Below, piece after piece: positions 51,351-61,673 of a stretch of 64,000 nucleotides of DNA (within the stretch, counting starts at the first letter, position 1; each line of letters begins with the position of its first letter). Location of the stretch: contig CAZIDX010000001.1 of the NCBI GenBank assembly GCA_964538435.1, forward strand, positions 393-64,392. The letters are read 5' to 3'. The translations under genes and the position numbers were made by a program. The DNA comes from an uncultured Gammaproteobacteria bacterium (GTDB lineage Bacteria > Patescibacteriota > Patescibacteriia > UBA9934 > GWF2-40-263). The notes beneath the pieces are model-generated. The model had not been told where the DNA came from, searched no databases, and saw only the letters and a list, made by a program, of their open reading frames with translations.

Positions 51351-53126
51351 ATGAAATCAAAAATCAATACAAAAGCAATCATGAGGGTGCTTTGGAAGCA
51401 TGTTCGGCCTTACACGCTTCAGGTGACGATTATCACGATCTTGGTGATCGTGGCAAAGATTGCAGACGTCATCATCATGCCGCTCTTTATCAAGAGGTTC
51501 TTTGACCTGCTTGGTGGAGTGATTCCATCGACCGCTGAAGAATTGCCAGGCTTGCTTATCGGCACTTTGGTCTTGATGCTGGGGCTAAGGTTTGTCGGTT
51601 GGCTGTCATGGCGAACACTCTCGTTTGTGAACAACTGGTTCCAGCCACGAGTAATGACAGATTTGATTCAGACGGCTCATGAGTATATCCACAATCATTC
51701 TTATCGATTCTTCTCAAACAGCTTCACTGGCTCACTTGTTCGTAAAGTGAATCGACTCAGTCGCTCGTTTGAGGTCCTAGCCGATCAGATGCAGTTCGTC
51801 TTCATTCCGTTGTTTGTAACGATTGTCGGGTCGCTCGTGGTGATCTGGATGCGGAGCCCTCTGCTTGCAATCATGTTGCTAGCCTGGGTAATCTTCTATC
51901 TTGCATTCAACATCATGTACGCAACCTGGAAGACAAAGTACGACTTTGAAAAGGCAAAGATCGATTCAGAAACAACAGGAGTCCTTGCGGATTCCATTAG
52001 CAACTCAACGACCGTGAAACTCTTCACTGGTCACGCGCATGAAAAAGGACTCTACAAAGAAGTAACAGAGCGACTCAGGCGCGCACGCACCTTTACATGG
52101 AATATCGCAGAAATCATGGATGCCTCACAGGCGCTGCTCATGACACTCATTGAGTTTGTCATGATGTACTACGCTGTCAGGTACTACCAGCAAGGTCTGC
52201 TCACCATTGGTGACTTTGCGCTCATCCAGGCATATCTCATCAGTTTCTTCATGGTGCTCTGGGACATTGGTCGAGCCATTCGACACACCTACGAAGCACT
52301 GGCAGATGCAGACGAGATTGTAGAGATCCTTGAAGAACCTCTCGAGATCCAGGATGTGCGAAGCGCAAAGAAGCTCGACGTGCAAACCGGTCGCATTGAG
52401 TTTAAGAATGTCTACTTCAGCTTCCAGAAGACAAGGCGCGTGCTCAAGGGCTTCAACCTTCAGATCAAGCCAGGTGAAAAGATCGCGCTCGTTGGGCCGT
52501 CTGGTGCTGGTAAGTCTACGGTGACAAAGCTCCTCTTCCGCTTCTACGACGTAGAGCGCGGAAAGATCTACGTAGGCAACCAGAACATCGCCAAGGTCAC
52601 GCAGGAAAGCCTGCGAGAGCAGATCGCCCTTGTGCCACAAGAGCCAATCTTGTTCCACCGATCAATCATGGACAACATTCGCTACGGCCGAAGGGGTGCA
52701 ACGGATGAAGAGGTTGTCGAGGCAGCCAAGAGGGCGCACGCGCACGAGTTCATCGAAGAGCTTCCAGACGGCTACGAAACATTCGTAGGTGAACGCGGAG
52801 TCAAGCTCTCCGGCGGAGAACGCCAGCGCATCGCAATCGCACGCGCAGTGCTCAAGGACGCACCAATCCTCGTGCTCGACGAGGCAACATCCAGCCTGGA
52901 CTCAGAGTCAGAAGCGCTCATCCAGTCAGCGCTCGAAGACCTGATGAAGAACAAGACCACGATCGTGATCGCTCACCGACTCTCAACCATCATGAAGATG
53001 GACAGAATCGTAGAGATCGACAACGGTCAGGTAACAGACACAGGCTCACACAAGCAACTTCTGCGAAAGAAAAACAGCATCTACAAGAAGCTCTGGGACA
53101 TCCAAGCAGGAGGATTCATCCAGTGA
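51351..53126 (+). CDS. ABC exporter, fused permease/ATPase (MsbA-like type I exporter)
   Basis: Six-TM domain followed by Walker A GPSGAGKST, signature LSGGERQR and Walker B ILVLDEATS; start at ATG 51351 with RBS GGAGAGA. Confidence 0.85.
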   Translation: MKSKINTKAIMRVLWKHVRPYTLQVTIITILVIVAKIADVIIMPLFIKRFFDLLGGVIPSTAEELPGLLIGTLVLMLGLRFVGWLSWRTLSFVNNWFQPRVMTDLIQTAHEYIHNHSYRFFSNSFTGSLVRKVNRLSRSFEVLADQMQFVFIPLFVTIVGSLVVIWMRSPLLAIMLLAWVIFYLAFNIMYATWKTKYDFEKAKIDSETTGVLADSISNSTTVKLFTGHAHEKGLYKEVTERLRRARTFTWNIAEIMDASQALLMTLIEFVMMYYAVRYYQQGLLTIGDFALIQAYLISFFMVLWDIGRAIRHTYEALADADEIVEILEEPLEIQDVRSAKKLDVQTGRIEFKNVYFSFQKTRRVLKGFNLQIKPGEKIALVGPSGAGKSTVTKLLFRFYDVERGKIYVGNQNIAKVTQESLREQIALVPQEPILFHRSIMDNIRYGRRGATDEEVVEAAKRAHAHEFIEELPDGYETFVGERGVKLSGGERQRIAIARAVLKDAPILVLDEATSSLDSESEALIQSALEDLMKNKTTIVIAHRLSTIMKMDRIVEIDNGQVTDTGSHKQLLRKKNSIYKKLWDIQAGGFIQ

Positions 53127-53325
53127 TCGTCCAAAATTCGCGAGCTTGCCTCTCACAGGACCCTGTTGGATTGTCGACGTACGTTTAAGTACGCCTCTGG
53201 CGCCAATATCCCGTTCAAGGCAATCTCATCGAATTTAGAACGATCGAAATTATGTAAAGGAAAAACCACTCGAGGCTATCCCGGGTGGTTTTTTAAATCG
53301 AAAAAGGACCCGGGGGTCCTTTGCG

Positions 53326-53895
53326 TCAGATGTTGAGGATCCCTGTGCCGTGGTGTAGTGACACACCAACACTGTGAATCTCCCTTGACCACACGCCGCG
53401 TGAGGCGTTTTGGAACGCAAGCATGAGAGCTTGACGGTCCCTGTGGTTCATCTGGTTGCGGAGAATCAGGAAGGTGACCAGCATCTGCCGGTTCATCTTG
53501 TAGATCAGCTGCCATGCCCAGAGCACGATGTTGATCAGCAGAATGATCGGGCTGAGCAGAATCACAGTAGGTAGGCCCATCAGGAACATCACCCACAGTC
53601 CAGCAGGTTTGTGATCTCTGCCGATGAGAAAGCTGCTCGTGTTGAGTTCTATCAGAACAGCTCTTCCACCCTCATCAGCGATCGAGATGTAGCTGTCCGG
53701 CAGCCCATGGTTTCCCCACTGGTTGCCATTTTTGTACCACACCTCGATCACATGGCCCTTCTCACCCTCGTGAACCTTGTGCACTCTGATGTGAGGAAAG
53801 CTAGCTCCCAGCGCCATTGCAACCGCCATGATCTGCGAGACCAGGAGGGTGCCGATGACAGGCACGTCTTCTAGCCAATCGATGAATCGTTCCAT
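53326..53895 (-). CDS. Hypothetical protein with a central TM hairpin
   Basis: 189 aa; a minus-strand terminator GGACCC-CCGG-GGTCC + T-run lies at about 53292-53325. Confidence 0.45.
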   Translation of the reverse strand: MERFIDWLEDVPVIGTLLVSQIMAVAMALGASFPHIRVHKVHEGEKGHVIEVWYKNGNQWGNHGLPDSYISIADEGGRAVLIELNTSSFLIGRDHKPAGLWVMFLMGLPTVILLSPIILLINIVLWAWQLIYKMNRQMLVTFLILRNQMNHRDRQALMLAFQNASRGVWSREIHSVGVSLHHGTGILNI

Positions 53896-53987
53896 GCGTC
53901 CACCGCCTTTCTGTATTCAAAAACGTTACCCAACAAAACCGGTTCTGTCAAGACTCCAAACTAAAACACCGCACTTTTTGCGGTGTT

Positions 53988-54590
53988 TTAACTCTTCTTT
54001 CTATGCTTAAGCGCGTCTCCCAGCGTAACCTCATCTGCAAACTCCAGTGTCGCTCCCATGGGCAGTCCTCGAGCAAGACGTGTGAACGAGACATCAAGCG
54101 GGGCAAACAATTTCGTCAGGTACATAATCGTTGTCTCACCATGAGCAGTCGGGGAGAGAGCCAAGATGACCTCCTTAATCTCCGGATTCTTCTCCAGTCG
54201 ATCTCTAAGCTCACGGATCCTAATCACATCCGGCGTGATTCCCTCGATTGGGTTCAGGTTGCCGCCCAGTACGTGGTAACAACCTCTGTACGCATCTGTT
54301 GATTCTATCGTTGCAATGTCACGCGACTCCTCAACCACGCACAGCACAGACTCGTCACGTTTTGGATCAGTGCAGATCTCGCACAGCTCATGCTCAGTGT
54401 AAGTAAAACACTTTGGACACACACCAATCTTCTCACCAAGCTCACGCAGCGCCCGCGCCATGACTTCCAGGTCATGCTTTGGTTGCTTGAGTAGATAGAA
54501 AACATAGCGCAGGGCCGTTTTGGGCCCCACGCCGGGTAGCCGCGCAAACGCAGCAACTAAATTCGCAATTGGTTCAGGAAAGCGGCGCAT
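53988..54590 (-). CDS. recR: Recombination protein RecR
   Basis: HhH motif, Cys4 zinc finger CPKC...CEIC, Toprim domain. Confidence 0.9.
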   Translation of the reverse strand: MRRFPEPIANLVAAFARLPGVGPKTALRYVFYLLKQPKHDLEVMARALRELGEKIGVCPKCFTYTEHELCEICTDPKRDESVLCVVEESRDIATIESTDAYRGCYHVLGGNLNPIEGITPDVIRIRELRDRLEKNPEIKEVILALSPTAHGETTIMYLTKLFAPLDVSFTRLARGLPMGATLEFADEVTLGDALKHRKKS

Positions 54591-54599
54591 GTTGCCAGG

Positions 54600-54902
54600 T
54601 TAGCCTCCAAGCCCCTTGAGCATATCCATCCCACCCATGTCCTGCATCTTCTTTGCAAGCTTCATCTGGAACTTCATGCCTGTAGCGTCCTTAAACGCAT
54701 CCTTAATCGCAGCACCGAGCTTTTCAGCGTCCTTGAGGGCTTCTGGGTCAATAGTCACGTCAACGATCTCACGGTTTCCATTCACAACAATCTTTACCTT
54801 GCCCCACATAGCAGAGCCTTCATGAATAACCGTTGCAAGTTCATTTTGCATTTCCTTGCCTTGTTTCTTGAGATCCTTGATGTTTTTGAGTTTGTTGAAC
54901 AT
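54600..54902 (-). CDS. ybaB: Nucleoid-associated protein YbaB/EbfC
   Basis: About 100 aa with the typical MFNKLKNIKDLKKQGKEMQ... and a C-terminal GGMDM tail. Confidence 0.85.
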   Translation of the reverse strand: MFNKLKNIKDLKKQGKEMQNELATVIHEGSAMWGKVKIVVNGNREIVDVTIDPEALKDAEKLGAAIKDAFKDATGMKFQMKLAKKMQDMGGMDMLKGLGG

Positions 54903-54932
54903 AGTTTTTTGAATTGATTATCACGGGCTACA

Positions 54933-56438
54933 TCATACCTTAGCCTCGGGTGCTTCATCAACCGGAGGAGTCTCCTTGCCAGATGGGTTTGGATCAACCG
55001 GCGGCGGCGCCATTGGAGCATTTGGTTGTGCCAGCGGAGCAAAGCCAGAGCTGTCTTGCTCAGAAGCTGGAGGGGTTTGAGGAGTGAAGCCTTTTTGTAA
55101 GTTTTGAAATGACGCACGTTTCTTGTCAAAGTACAGTCTAAGCATTCCAGTTGGTCCATTACGATGCTTTCCAATGTGGATCTCAGTGACATTCTGCTCT
55201 TCAGGCGGAATGTCTTCAGGACGATAGTTTTTATCAGCACCCTTACGATAAATAAAGAGAACAACGTCAGCATCCTGCTCAATCGAACCAGAGTCTCGAA
55301 GATGAGAGAGGCGAGGGATTGCAGGTTTGTTCTGCTCCACAGCACGGGAGAGCTGAGCCAGAGCGAACACAGGCACATCAAGCTCCTTAGCAATCTGCTT
55401 AAGACCACGAGAAATCTCAGACACCTCCTGCACACGGTTGTCACTCTTGTTTGAGCGGCCTTCCATCAGCTGGAGGTAGTCAATCATGATGAGCCCCAGC
55501 CCATGTTCTGTTTTTAGTCGCCTAGCCTTAGTTCTCAGCTGCATGATATTCAGGTTCGCGCTGTCATCAATGAAGATAGGGGCCTCTGAAAGTTCACCAA
55601 GCGCCTGACCGATGCGAGGGAAATCATCGTCGCGATCAGAGAGTCGTCCTGTGCGCAGCTTCCACAAATCAACATTAGCCTGGGCACAAATCATGCGGTC
55701 AACAAGCTGTTCTTTACTCATTTCCAGAGAGAAGAATCCAACAGGAGCTTTTTGAGCAACGCCCACATGACGCATAATGTCTAGCGCAAGCGAAGTTTTA
55801 CCAACAGAAGGTCGGGCTGCCAAAATGACAAGGTCAGACTTTTGCAACCCTGCCAGGAGCGCATCAAGATCAGTAAACCCAGTCGGCACACCACGCATTT
55901 TCCCACGATCACGATGAAGCTCGTCAATGCGATCAAACGCTCCATCCAAAACAGACCGTATTGAAACAAAGGTGTTCTTGTTAAACTTCTCACTCACTTC
56001 AAACAGCGACCGCTCAGCGCGATCAAGTGTGACATCAATCTCTTCGTCCTCATCATAACCCATGGTTGTGATATCAGACGCAGCAGAAAGAAGTCGTCTA
56101 AGCGTCGCTTTCTTTTGGATGATCTCTGCGTAGTGAACGACGTTGGCCGAAGTAGGTACAACATTCGAGAGTTCAACGAGGTACGCACGCCCACCAACTT
56201 GCTGGAGCCAACCTTTTTCTTCAAGTCGATTTCCAAGCGAGAGGATGTCAATCGGATCATGCCGTTCGTAAAGCTCAATCATGGTCTCAAAGATCTTCTC
56301 ATGTGAGTCACGATAGAAATCATCTGAGCGAACCTTGTCCGCGATCTTGATCATGGACTGCTTGTCAATCAAAAGACAGCAAAGCGCTGATTGTTCAGCC
56401 TCAAGGTTCTGTGGAGGGATGCGAGATTCATTTGCCAT
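54933..56438 (-). CDS. dnaB: Replicative DNA helicase DnaB with a Pro-rich C-terminal tail
   Basis: N-terminal domain (QNLEAEQSALCCLLID), Walker A ILAARPSVGKTSLAL, RecA-like core. Start taken at MANESRIPPQ (56438). Confidence 0.9.
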   Translation of the reverse strand: MANESRIPPQNLEAEQSALCCLLIDKQSMIKIADKVRSDDFYRDSHEKIFETMIELYERHDPIDILSLGNRLEEKGWLQQVGGRAYLVELSNVVPTSANVVHYAEIIQKKATLRRLLSAASDITTMGYDEDEEIDVTLDRAERSLFEVSEKFNKNTFVSIRSVLDGAFDRIDELHRDRGKMRGVPTGFTDLDALLAGLQKSDLVILAARPSVGKTSLALDIMRHVGVAQKAPVGFFSLEMSKEQLVDRMICAQANVDLWKLRTGRLSDRDDDFPRIGQALGELSEAPIFIDDSANLNIMQLRTKARRLKTEHGLGLIMIDYLQLMEGRSNKSDNRVQEVSEISRGLKQIAKELDVPVFALAQLSRAVEQNKPAIPRLSHLRDSGSIEQDADVVLFIYRKGADKNYRPEDIPPEEQNVTEIHIGKHRNGPTGMLRLYFDKKRASFQNLQKGFTPQTPPASEQDSSGFAPLAQPNAPMAPPPVDPNPSGKETPPVDEAPEAKV

Positions 56439-56518
56439 AAGTCTGTGGCATCTTAGCACTACTACGCCCCAAATCAAGCCCGGGTTGTGGTATAATTGGG
56501 GAGAACAGGAGGAAAACC

Positions 56519-57679
56519 ATGATTCATCCGAACATTAAGTTCCTTAGATCAATCGGAATGATGATCGGCGCCATCGTTGGGGTCGGAGTTTTGGGTCTTC
56601 CATACGCATTTTCCCAGAGCGGTGTTGCTATTGGAATGCTCGAATTGCTCATCATTGTCACGCTTTTGACCTTCCTGCAGCTCATGTTTGCAGAAGTGTG
56701 TCTTCAAACGCCTGGAAAACAAAGGCTCGTTGGTCTTGTGGGAACCCATGTGGGCAAAAAGTGGCGATGGGTTGCCCTAAGTGCCATGGCAATCGGTATT
56801 TGGGGTGCAATGATTGCGTACATGATTGTTGGGGGAAGATTCCTTCATATTCTCCTTGAGCCAATTCTTGGTGGCCCAGAAATTGTCTACTCAATCGCTG
56901 TTTGGGTAATCGGCGTTGCTCTCATATCTCAGGGCTTGAAATTCGCCTCAAAGATAGAGGTCCCTATCGTGATCGCACTACTTTTCTTGTTCGTGTTCAT
57001 TATCCTTGCTAGCACAACCGAGATCACACCAGAGCACTACTTCACCATGGATATTTCCAAATCCTTTGTTCCATACGGAGTGATTCTCTTCTCGGCTGCC
57101 GGGGTGGGGATTGTGCCAGAAATGGCAGATGTGCTTGGTAAAAAGCTCGGCCGCAAGTACTTGGGCCTCTCCATCATGATTGCCATGGCTATCATCCTTC
57201 TGCTTTACACAGGCTTTGCGCTTGCTGTTGTGGGGGTAACAGGTCCTGAGACATCACAAACAGCTTTTGATGGACTCGTTCCGTTTTTTGGAGGAGGATT
57301 CAAAGTGCTAACGCTACTGCTCGGATCAATCACAATTCTGTCCATCTTTCTCATTATCGGAATCGAGCTCTTGGATACGTTTAAGTTTGATTTCAAGCTC
57401 AAGCACAATACCTCATGGTTTCTTGTTGCCATCGTTCCGATCGTGTTGTTCCTTCTTGGGGTAAGGGAGTTTATCTCGCTTGTTGGGTTTATTGGTGGAG
57501 TGTTCGGAGGCGGAATCGGTATCCTGATTGCACTCTCATACTGGAACCTAAAACGATCAAAAATCTGCAGAGATCATCATTGCATCAACTTCCCATCATT
57601 TCTCACATGGGCGATCATTACTCTGTTTGCCTGCGGAGTTGTCTGGCAGATCTCTGATGCAATCATAAATTTGTTATAG
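56519..57679 (+). CDS. Amino-acid permease, HAAAP (TnaB/Mtr/SdaC-like) family
   Basis: Extended -10 promoter TGTGGTATAAT and RBS AGGAGGAAAA upstream; about 11 TM helices; family assignment tentative. Confidence 0.55.
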   Translation: MIHPNIKFLRSIGMMIGAIVGVGVLGLPYAFSQSGVAIGMLELLIIVTLLTFLQLMFAEVCLQTPGKQRLVGLVGTHVGKKWRWVALSAMAIGIWGAMIAYMIVGGRFLHILLEPILGGPEIVYSIAVWVIGVALISQGLKFASKIEVPIVIALLFLFVFIILASTTEITPEHYFTMDISKSFVPYGVILFSAAGVGIVPEMADVLGKKLGRKYLGLSIMIAMAIILLLYTGFALAVVGVTGPETSQTAFDGLVPFFGGGFKVLTLLLGSITILSIFLIIGIELLDTFKFDFKLKHNTSWFLVAIVPIVLFLLGVREFISLVGFIGGVFGGGIGILIALSYWNLKRSKICRDHHCINFPSFLTWAIITLFACGVVWQISDAIINLL

Positions 57680-57685
57680 AAAATT

Positions 57686-58129
57686 ATGGAGGGAACATAC
57701 ATCACAAAAAGATGGTTCATCTACTTCCTGCTGTACTTTCTGGTTTCTTACGTAGGAATGACCTTTCTGATTACAGGATTTCAAATCACAGAAAGCGGAA
57801 TCTTCTTTGTTGCCATAAAAATCTTTCACCCAATTGTTGCGCTGGCCGCTGCCTATCTCTACTTCAGAAAAGCCCATAACGATTGGCAAGCAAGGTTTAT
57901 CACAGCAATCGGCTGGACAGCTCTGTATTACGTGCTTGTAATCGCGCTCCTTGAGCCTGTGTGGGGGGTTGCATGGAAACAAGGATTCACATGGAGCATG
58001 ATCGTACCGCACTGGCTCTACATTGTTGGTATCATTGTCGGAGCAACAGCCGCCCACAGATCAACAGACGAAATCGCCCGAGCTTTAAAAGAAGAGCCAT
58101 CAGCGCTAGAAAAACAGTTCAGAAAATAA
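57686..58129 (+). CDS. Membrane protein, unknown function
   Basis: 147 aa, four TM segments; a bidirectional terminator hairpin lies at 58139-58170. Confidence 0.45.
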   Translation: MEGTYITKRWFIYFLLYFLVSYVGMTFLITGFQITESGIFFVAIKIFHPIVALAAAYLYFRKAHNDWQARFITAIGWTALYYVLVIALLEPVWGVAWKQGFTWSMIVPHWLYIVGIIVGATAAHRSTDEIARALKEEPSALEKQFRK

Positions 58130-58181
58130 TCAATAAGAAAGACCGGTCTCCGTGGAGGCCGGTCGTTTTTCGTTTGGCTGA

Positions 58182-58538
58182 TCAGGCCAGTGCGCAGAAT
58201 CCCGGAGTCTCCGGTAGTGTCCTCAGCATCTCGCTGCCGAGCCACCCCACCGAAGGTGAGACACCTTCACGGCGGATCTGACGAAGAGTTGTGTGCTCCT
58301 CGCGCACGAGTCTCACGAGCTTGCCCTTCTCACCCCAGCAGAGCTGGAAGTTGTTGAGCCACTGACGCACGCTCACGAGCACATCGTTGATGTACTGCTC
58401 ATCGAAGCGGTTGCATCCGATGACCTGTCCGTTCTGCTCGATCACGATGCCGAGCGCTTGCTCTCCTCGCTCGATGAAGACGCGTGCCTGCATCTCACCG
58501 AGTTCTGTCTGGATCTGGACCACCCTCTTCCTCCTCAT
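58182..58538 (-). CDS. Hypothetical basic protein (about 119 aa from MRRKRVVQ)
   Basis: The ORF-track 58182-58616 has been trimmed to an internal ATG; GC-rich; no motif recognised. Confidence 0.35.
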   Translation of the reverse strand: MRRKRVVQIQTELGEMQARVFIERGEQALGIVIEQNGQVIGCNRFDEQYINDVLVSVRQWLNNFQLCWGEKGKLVRLVREEHTTLRQIRREGVSPSVGWLGSEMLRTLPETPGFCALA

Positions 58539-58612
58539 CCGTTTTGTGCGGGGTTTCTGCCCACATCCCTTGGGATGCAGACACATCAACCTACACAAAG
58601 AAACGTTTGGTG

Positions 58613-59446
58613 TCAAGCGTTTTGAAGCGAATAAGCTTTGAGAATGTTTACAAGCAGCATAGCCACAGTCATGGGCCCCACACCTCCTGGAACAGGGGTC
58701 AAAGCACTTGCAACAGGCTCAACTGAGTCAAAGTCAACATCGCCCTCAAGATGATCATCACGCTTTGTGGTTCCAACATCAATCACAATTGCTCCAGGCT
58801 TCACATGCTCTGCTTTTATAAGCCCTGGGATCCCCTCAGCAACAACAATCACATCAGCATCGCGAGTCTTTTCAATCAAATCAGGATCTTCGGCTTGAGT
58901 AACAACCACCTTTGCCTTCTCCTGTCTGAGCATGATCTCAAGCGGCTCTGCAAAAAGAGGAGACGCAACAACAGTTGCCGTCTTTGGGTACTCACTGCCA
59001 AGCGCAGCAACCTGGATCAGTTTCATCACACCAAGCGCAGTCGCAGAGACAATCGAAAACTCACCACGCTTGAGCTTCTCCACATTCTCTCTGTGAAACC
59101 CATCAACATCTTTAAGTGGGTCGATCTCAGGGATCACTTTATTTGCATCTTGGTTGGGGAGGGGGAGTTGCACAAGAATGCCTGTGACCTCCTCGCTAGT
59201 ATTGAGCTCGCGCACTTTATCGATAATGACCTGCTCATCCACACTAGCTTCATACAAATTCAAATCAAATCCAATTCCAGCTTCCTCGCAGGCAATACGT
59301 TTTAACTCAACATACTTATGCGATGCCGGATCATCTCCTACCAAAATAACCGCCAGTCCAGGCGGGTTCGGCAGATTAGCCACGCGAATCGCAACTTTTT
59401 CACGAATTGTCTTGGCAATTGCCTTGCCATCTAAAACATGTGCCAT
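58613..59446 (-). CDS. folD: Bifunctional methylenetetrahydrofolate dehydrogenase/cyclohydrolase FolD
   Basis: MAHVLDGKAIA...TGILVQLPLP...GGVGPMT motifs. Confidence 0.9.
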   Translation of the reverse strand: MAHVLDGKAIAKTIREKVAIRVANLPNPPGLAVILVGDDPASHKYVELKRIACEEAGIGFDLNLYEASVDEQVIIDKVRELNTSEEVTGILVQLPLPNQDANKVIPEIDPLKDVDGFHRENVEKLKRGEFSIVSATALGVMKLIQVAALGSEYPKTATVVASPLFAEPLEIMLRQEKAKVVVTQAEDPDLIEKTRDADVIVVAEGIPGLIKAEHVKPGAIVIDVGTTKRDDHLEGDVDFDSVEPVASALTPVPGGVGPMTVAMLLVNILKAYSLQNA

Positions 59447-59576
59447 AACGCCAAAATACTAGCATGGATAAAGGTTTTGTTCAATGTTGGGCCTTGACAA
59501 ATCAAGCAAAAATGGTCATTTTAATCTGCTCGAAGTTTCCTCAAACACAACCCAAGACGGGTTGGAAGGCAGCAAG

Positions 59577-60410
59577 ATGCATCGAGCCTTCAAAATCTTC
59601 TTCGCCAGCACCCTTGGTGCAGGCGTTGGCGCAGCCATCGCGCTCTCACTCCACCCGTACCTGTGGTGGATCGGGCTGCTCATCGGTGGTCTCACAGGCT
59701 ACCTCTCGTTCGAGTACAAGACCGTCATCAGCGCGCTCCGCCGCGCATCGATCAGGTCCTACCTCAAGAACCTGGCCCGGCTGCGACCGTCAAAGAGTTT
59801 CTACTGGAAGACGCTCAAGGCAGGAGCAGTCTGCATTGTGGGGGCAACCTGGGCCCTGGGAATCATGTGCTACGCGTTCTCAGATGAAGGGCACTGGAAA
59901 GTCGCTCTTGCCTGGTGGATTGTCTCAGGTCTTCTGGCAGGCGCCTACTGGGTGTTGGGAGGATTCCTGGATCGTCCTGAGCCTGGATGGGGCAGAGACA
60001 TGAATGATCTCATGTTCATCTTCTTCTTCAGTGCCCCTGTCTGCTGTGGGACCGTCGTCTATGGGCTTGTGATCGCACTGGTGCTCCAAGTCCTTATTGC
60101 GGTCTGGGAGATTGGTGGGGAAATCATCTTCGGGGTCATCCCTTGGGTGGTTTGCGACGCAATCCCGGCGGTCGCTCGCTTCGTGCGAGATACCACCATC
60201 TTCCTCATCCTCGAGATCCACTCGGACGTCCGTCTCATCTGCGGAACGGACGCTGCCATCGGGGCTGGAATCGGGTACTTCACCGGATCCGTGCTCATCG
60301 GCGCTCTTGCCGGCGGCCTGCTGGGCGTCCTCAACTACGAGATCGTGACCCGCCGCTGGCTCATTCCACGCGGTCACATCCAGAGCTCGAACCTCACGCT
60401 CGAGGCCTAG
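59577..60410 (+). CDS. Integral membrane protein, unknown function
   Basis: Multiple TM helices; GC-rich; start could be 59484 or 59577. Confidence 0.45.
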   Translation: MHRAFKIFFASTLGAGVGAAIALSLHPYLWWIGLLIGGLTGYLSFEYKTVISALRRASIRSYLKNLARLRPSKSFYWKTLKAGAVCIVGATWALGIMCYAFSDEGHWKVALAWWIVSGLLAGAYWVLGGFLDRPEPGWGRDMNDLMFIFFFSAPVCCGTVVYGLVIALVLQVLIAVWEIGGEIIFGVIPWVVCDAIPAVARFVRDTTIFLILEIHSDVRLICGTDAAIGAGIGYFTGSVLIGALAGGLLGVLNYEIVTRRWLIPRGHIQSSNLTLEA

Positions 60411-60472
60411 CCTCACACGGACGGTAAGCGCAAGCTGCCGTCTTTTCTGTTATAGAGACTATGTAACAAAAT

Positions 60473-60486
60473 TTCGTACGTACGAA
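60473..60486. repeat. 14-bp palindrome TTCGTACGTACGAA (site 1)
   Basis: The identical core recurs inside the 30-bp palindrome at 60541-60570. Confidence 0.6.
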
Positions 60487-60540
60487 CTAAAATTACATTC
60501 TACTCTTCACACACCCTCAGCTTTTCGCTGAAACAAGTAT

Positions 60541-60570
60541 GACTTTTTTTCGTACGTACGAAAAAAAGTC
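60541..60570. repeat. 30-bp perfect palindrome GACTTTTTTTCGTACGTACGAAAAAAAGTC adjoining the CAATTAGAAAACCC-terminator unit
   Basis: Read directly; followed on the minus strand by the terminator of the 60618-61637 gene. Confidence 0.65.
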
Positions 60571-60617
60571 GCAATTAGAAAACCCGTCCTTCCGAAGAAA
60601 AACGGGGTCGTTGCAGT

Positions 60618-61637
60618 CTAGGTTTCGAATCCGTAGCCCAGCGCCGTGCACCAGGTCTCCAGTTCAGGTCGTCTGGAGGAGTGAATGACCAGGATCTCGT
60701 AGTCCCTCTCGTACCTCTCTCGAACCGGCTTGGGGTCCATCAGAGCGAAGCATTGGTTCTGGACATCGATCATCCAGAACTCGAACCCCAGCTTGAGGCT
60801 CATCCCAATGATCGGGTTGCTGTCCCAGGGGGTCTCGCCACCAGCCGAGAGCACATAGCCTCCGCGCTCACCCTTCCACAGTTGCGCCATGGAAATGCCG
60901 ATGGAGTTCCCGTCGACATGCGTTTCATCGAACAGGCCTTCATCCACCATGGACTGCACCATATACGAGAGCTTGTGAGGCATTTCGCGCAAGTGCAGAC
61001 GTTGGTCGATCAGGCATAGATCCGTGTCGATGACCATCCGCTCCGGAATGTCGTCCTCGATCCGCCAGACTTTGTCAGAGTCCGGTCGGTAGAAGTAGCA
61101 CTCCCGGGTCATGATGTCGTAGATACACACACAGATGATCTCATCGTTGCAGATGATTGCACCCATGCTACCGATACCGTGCGATTGACGACGTACATAG
61201 GCGCTCGTCCCATCGATTGGATCGATCACGACCCAGATGTCCAGTGTCGGATGCGTGCACGGGATGATGAGGGGCTGTCCCTTGATCTTGCTCTCCTCAG
61301 CAATGATGCCGAACAACTTGAACTGATTCTGCAGGTCTTCGACCACATCGTCCTGGACGTCTTCGTCGATGTCTGTGACCTTGTCAGTGTGACCATCAGC
61401 CTTGATACCCTTGATGCTCACCTTGGCGTGCCTTCGCATGATGTGGGCTGTACGTGCAGCGCGTCGCAGGATCTCCTTGAAGATCGTGCCGATGTTGTAC
61501 GAGTTCAAGTCGACCCCATAGTCTCTCGTTTGTGTCGTCACGACGTCCTCCTTTTGTATCCCTTCGGGGTGGGTTACAATAGGCCCCGCAAGGGGATGTG
61601 TCAAGGTTTTACCCCTCAATCTTGACAAAAACCACAC
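60618..61637 (-). CDS. Inositol monophosphatase / FBPase-family (IMPase-like) phosphatase
   Basis: DPIDGT and VTDIDEDVQ metal-binding motifs. Confidence 0.65.
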   Translation of the reverse strand: MWFLSRLRGKTLTHPLAGPIVTHPEGIQKEDVVTTQTRDYGVDLNSYNIGTIFKEILRRAARTAHIMRRHAKVSIKGIKADGHTDKVTDIDEDVQDDVVEDLQNQFKLFGIIAEESKIKGQPLIIPCTHPTLDIWVVIDPIDGTSAYVRRQSHGIGSMGAIICNDEIICVCIYDIMTRECYFYRPDSDKVWRIEDDIPERMVIDTDLCLIDQRLHLREMPHKLSYMVQSMVDEGLFDETHVDGNSIGISMAQLWKGERGGYVLSAGGETPWDSNPIIGMSLKLGFEFWMIDVQNQCFALMDPKPVRERYERDYEILVIHSSRRPELETWCTALGYGFET

Positions 61638-61673
61638 TTTCAGTCATTATCCATTGCTCACTGAGGGAGAAGT

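Noticed and set aside
54794-55444. ORF 54794-55444(-), overlapping dnaB and ybaB in another frame
   Set aside because: It overlaps two well-supported genes, so it is an out-of-frame shadow.
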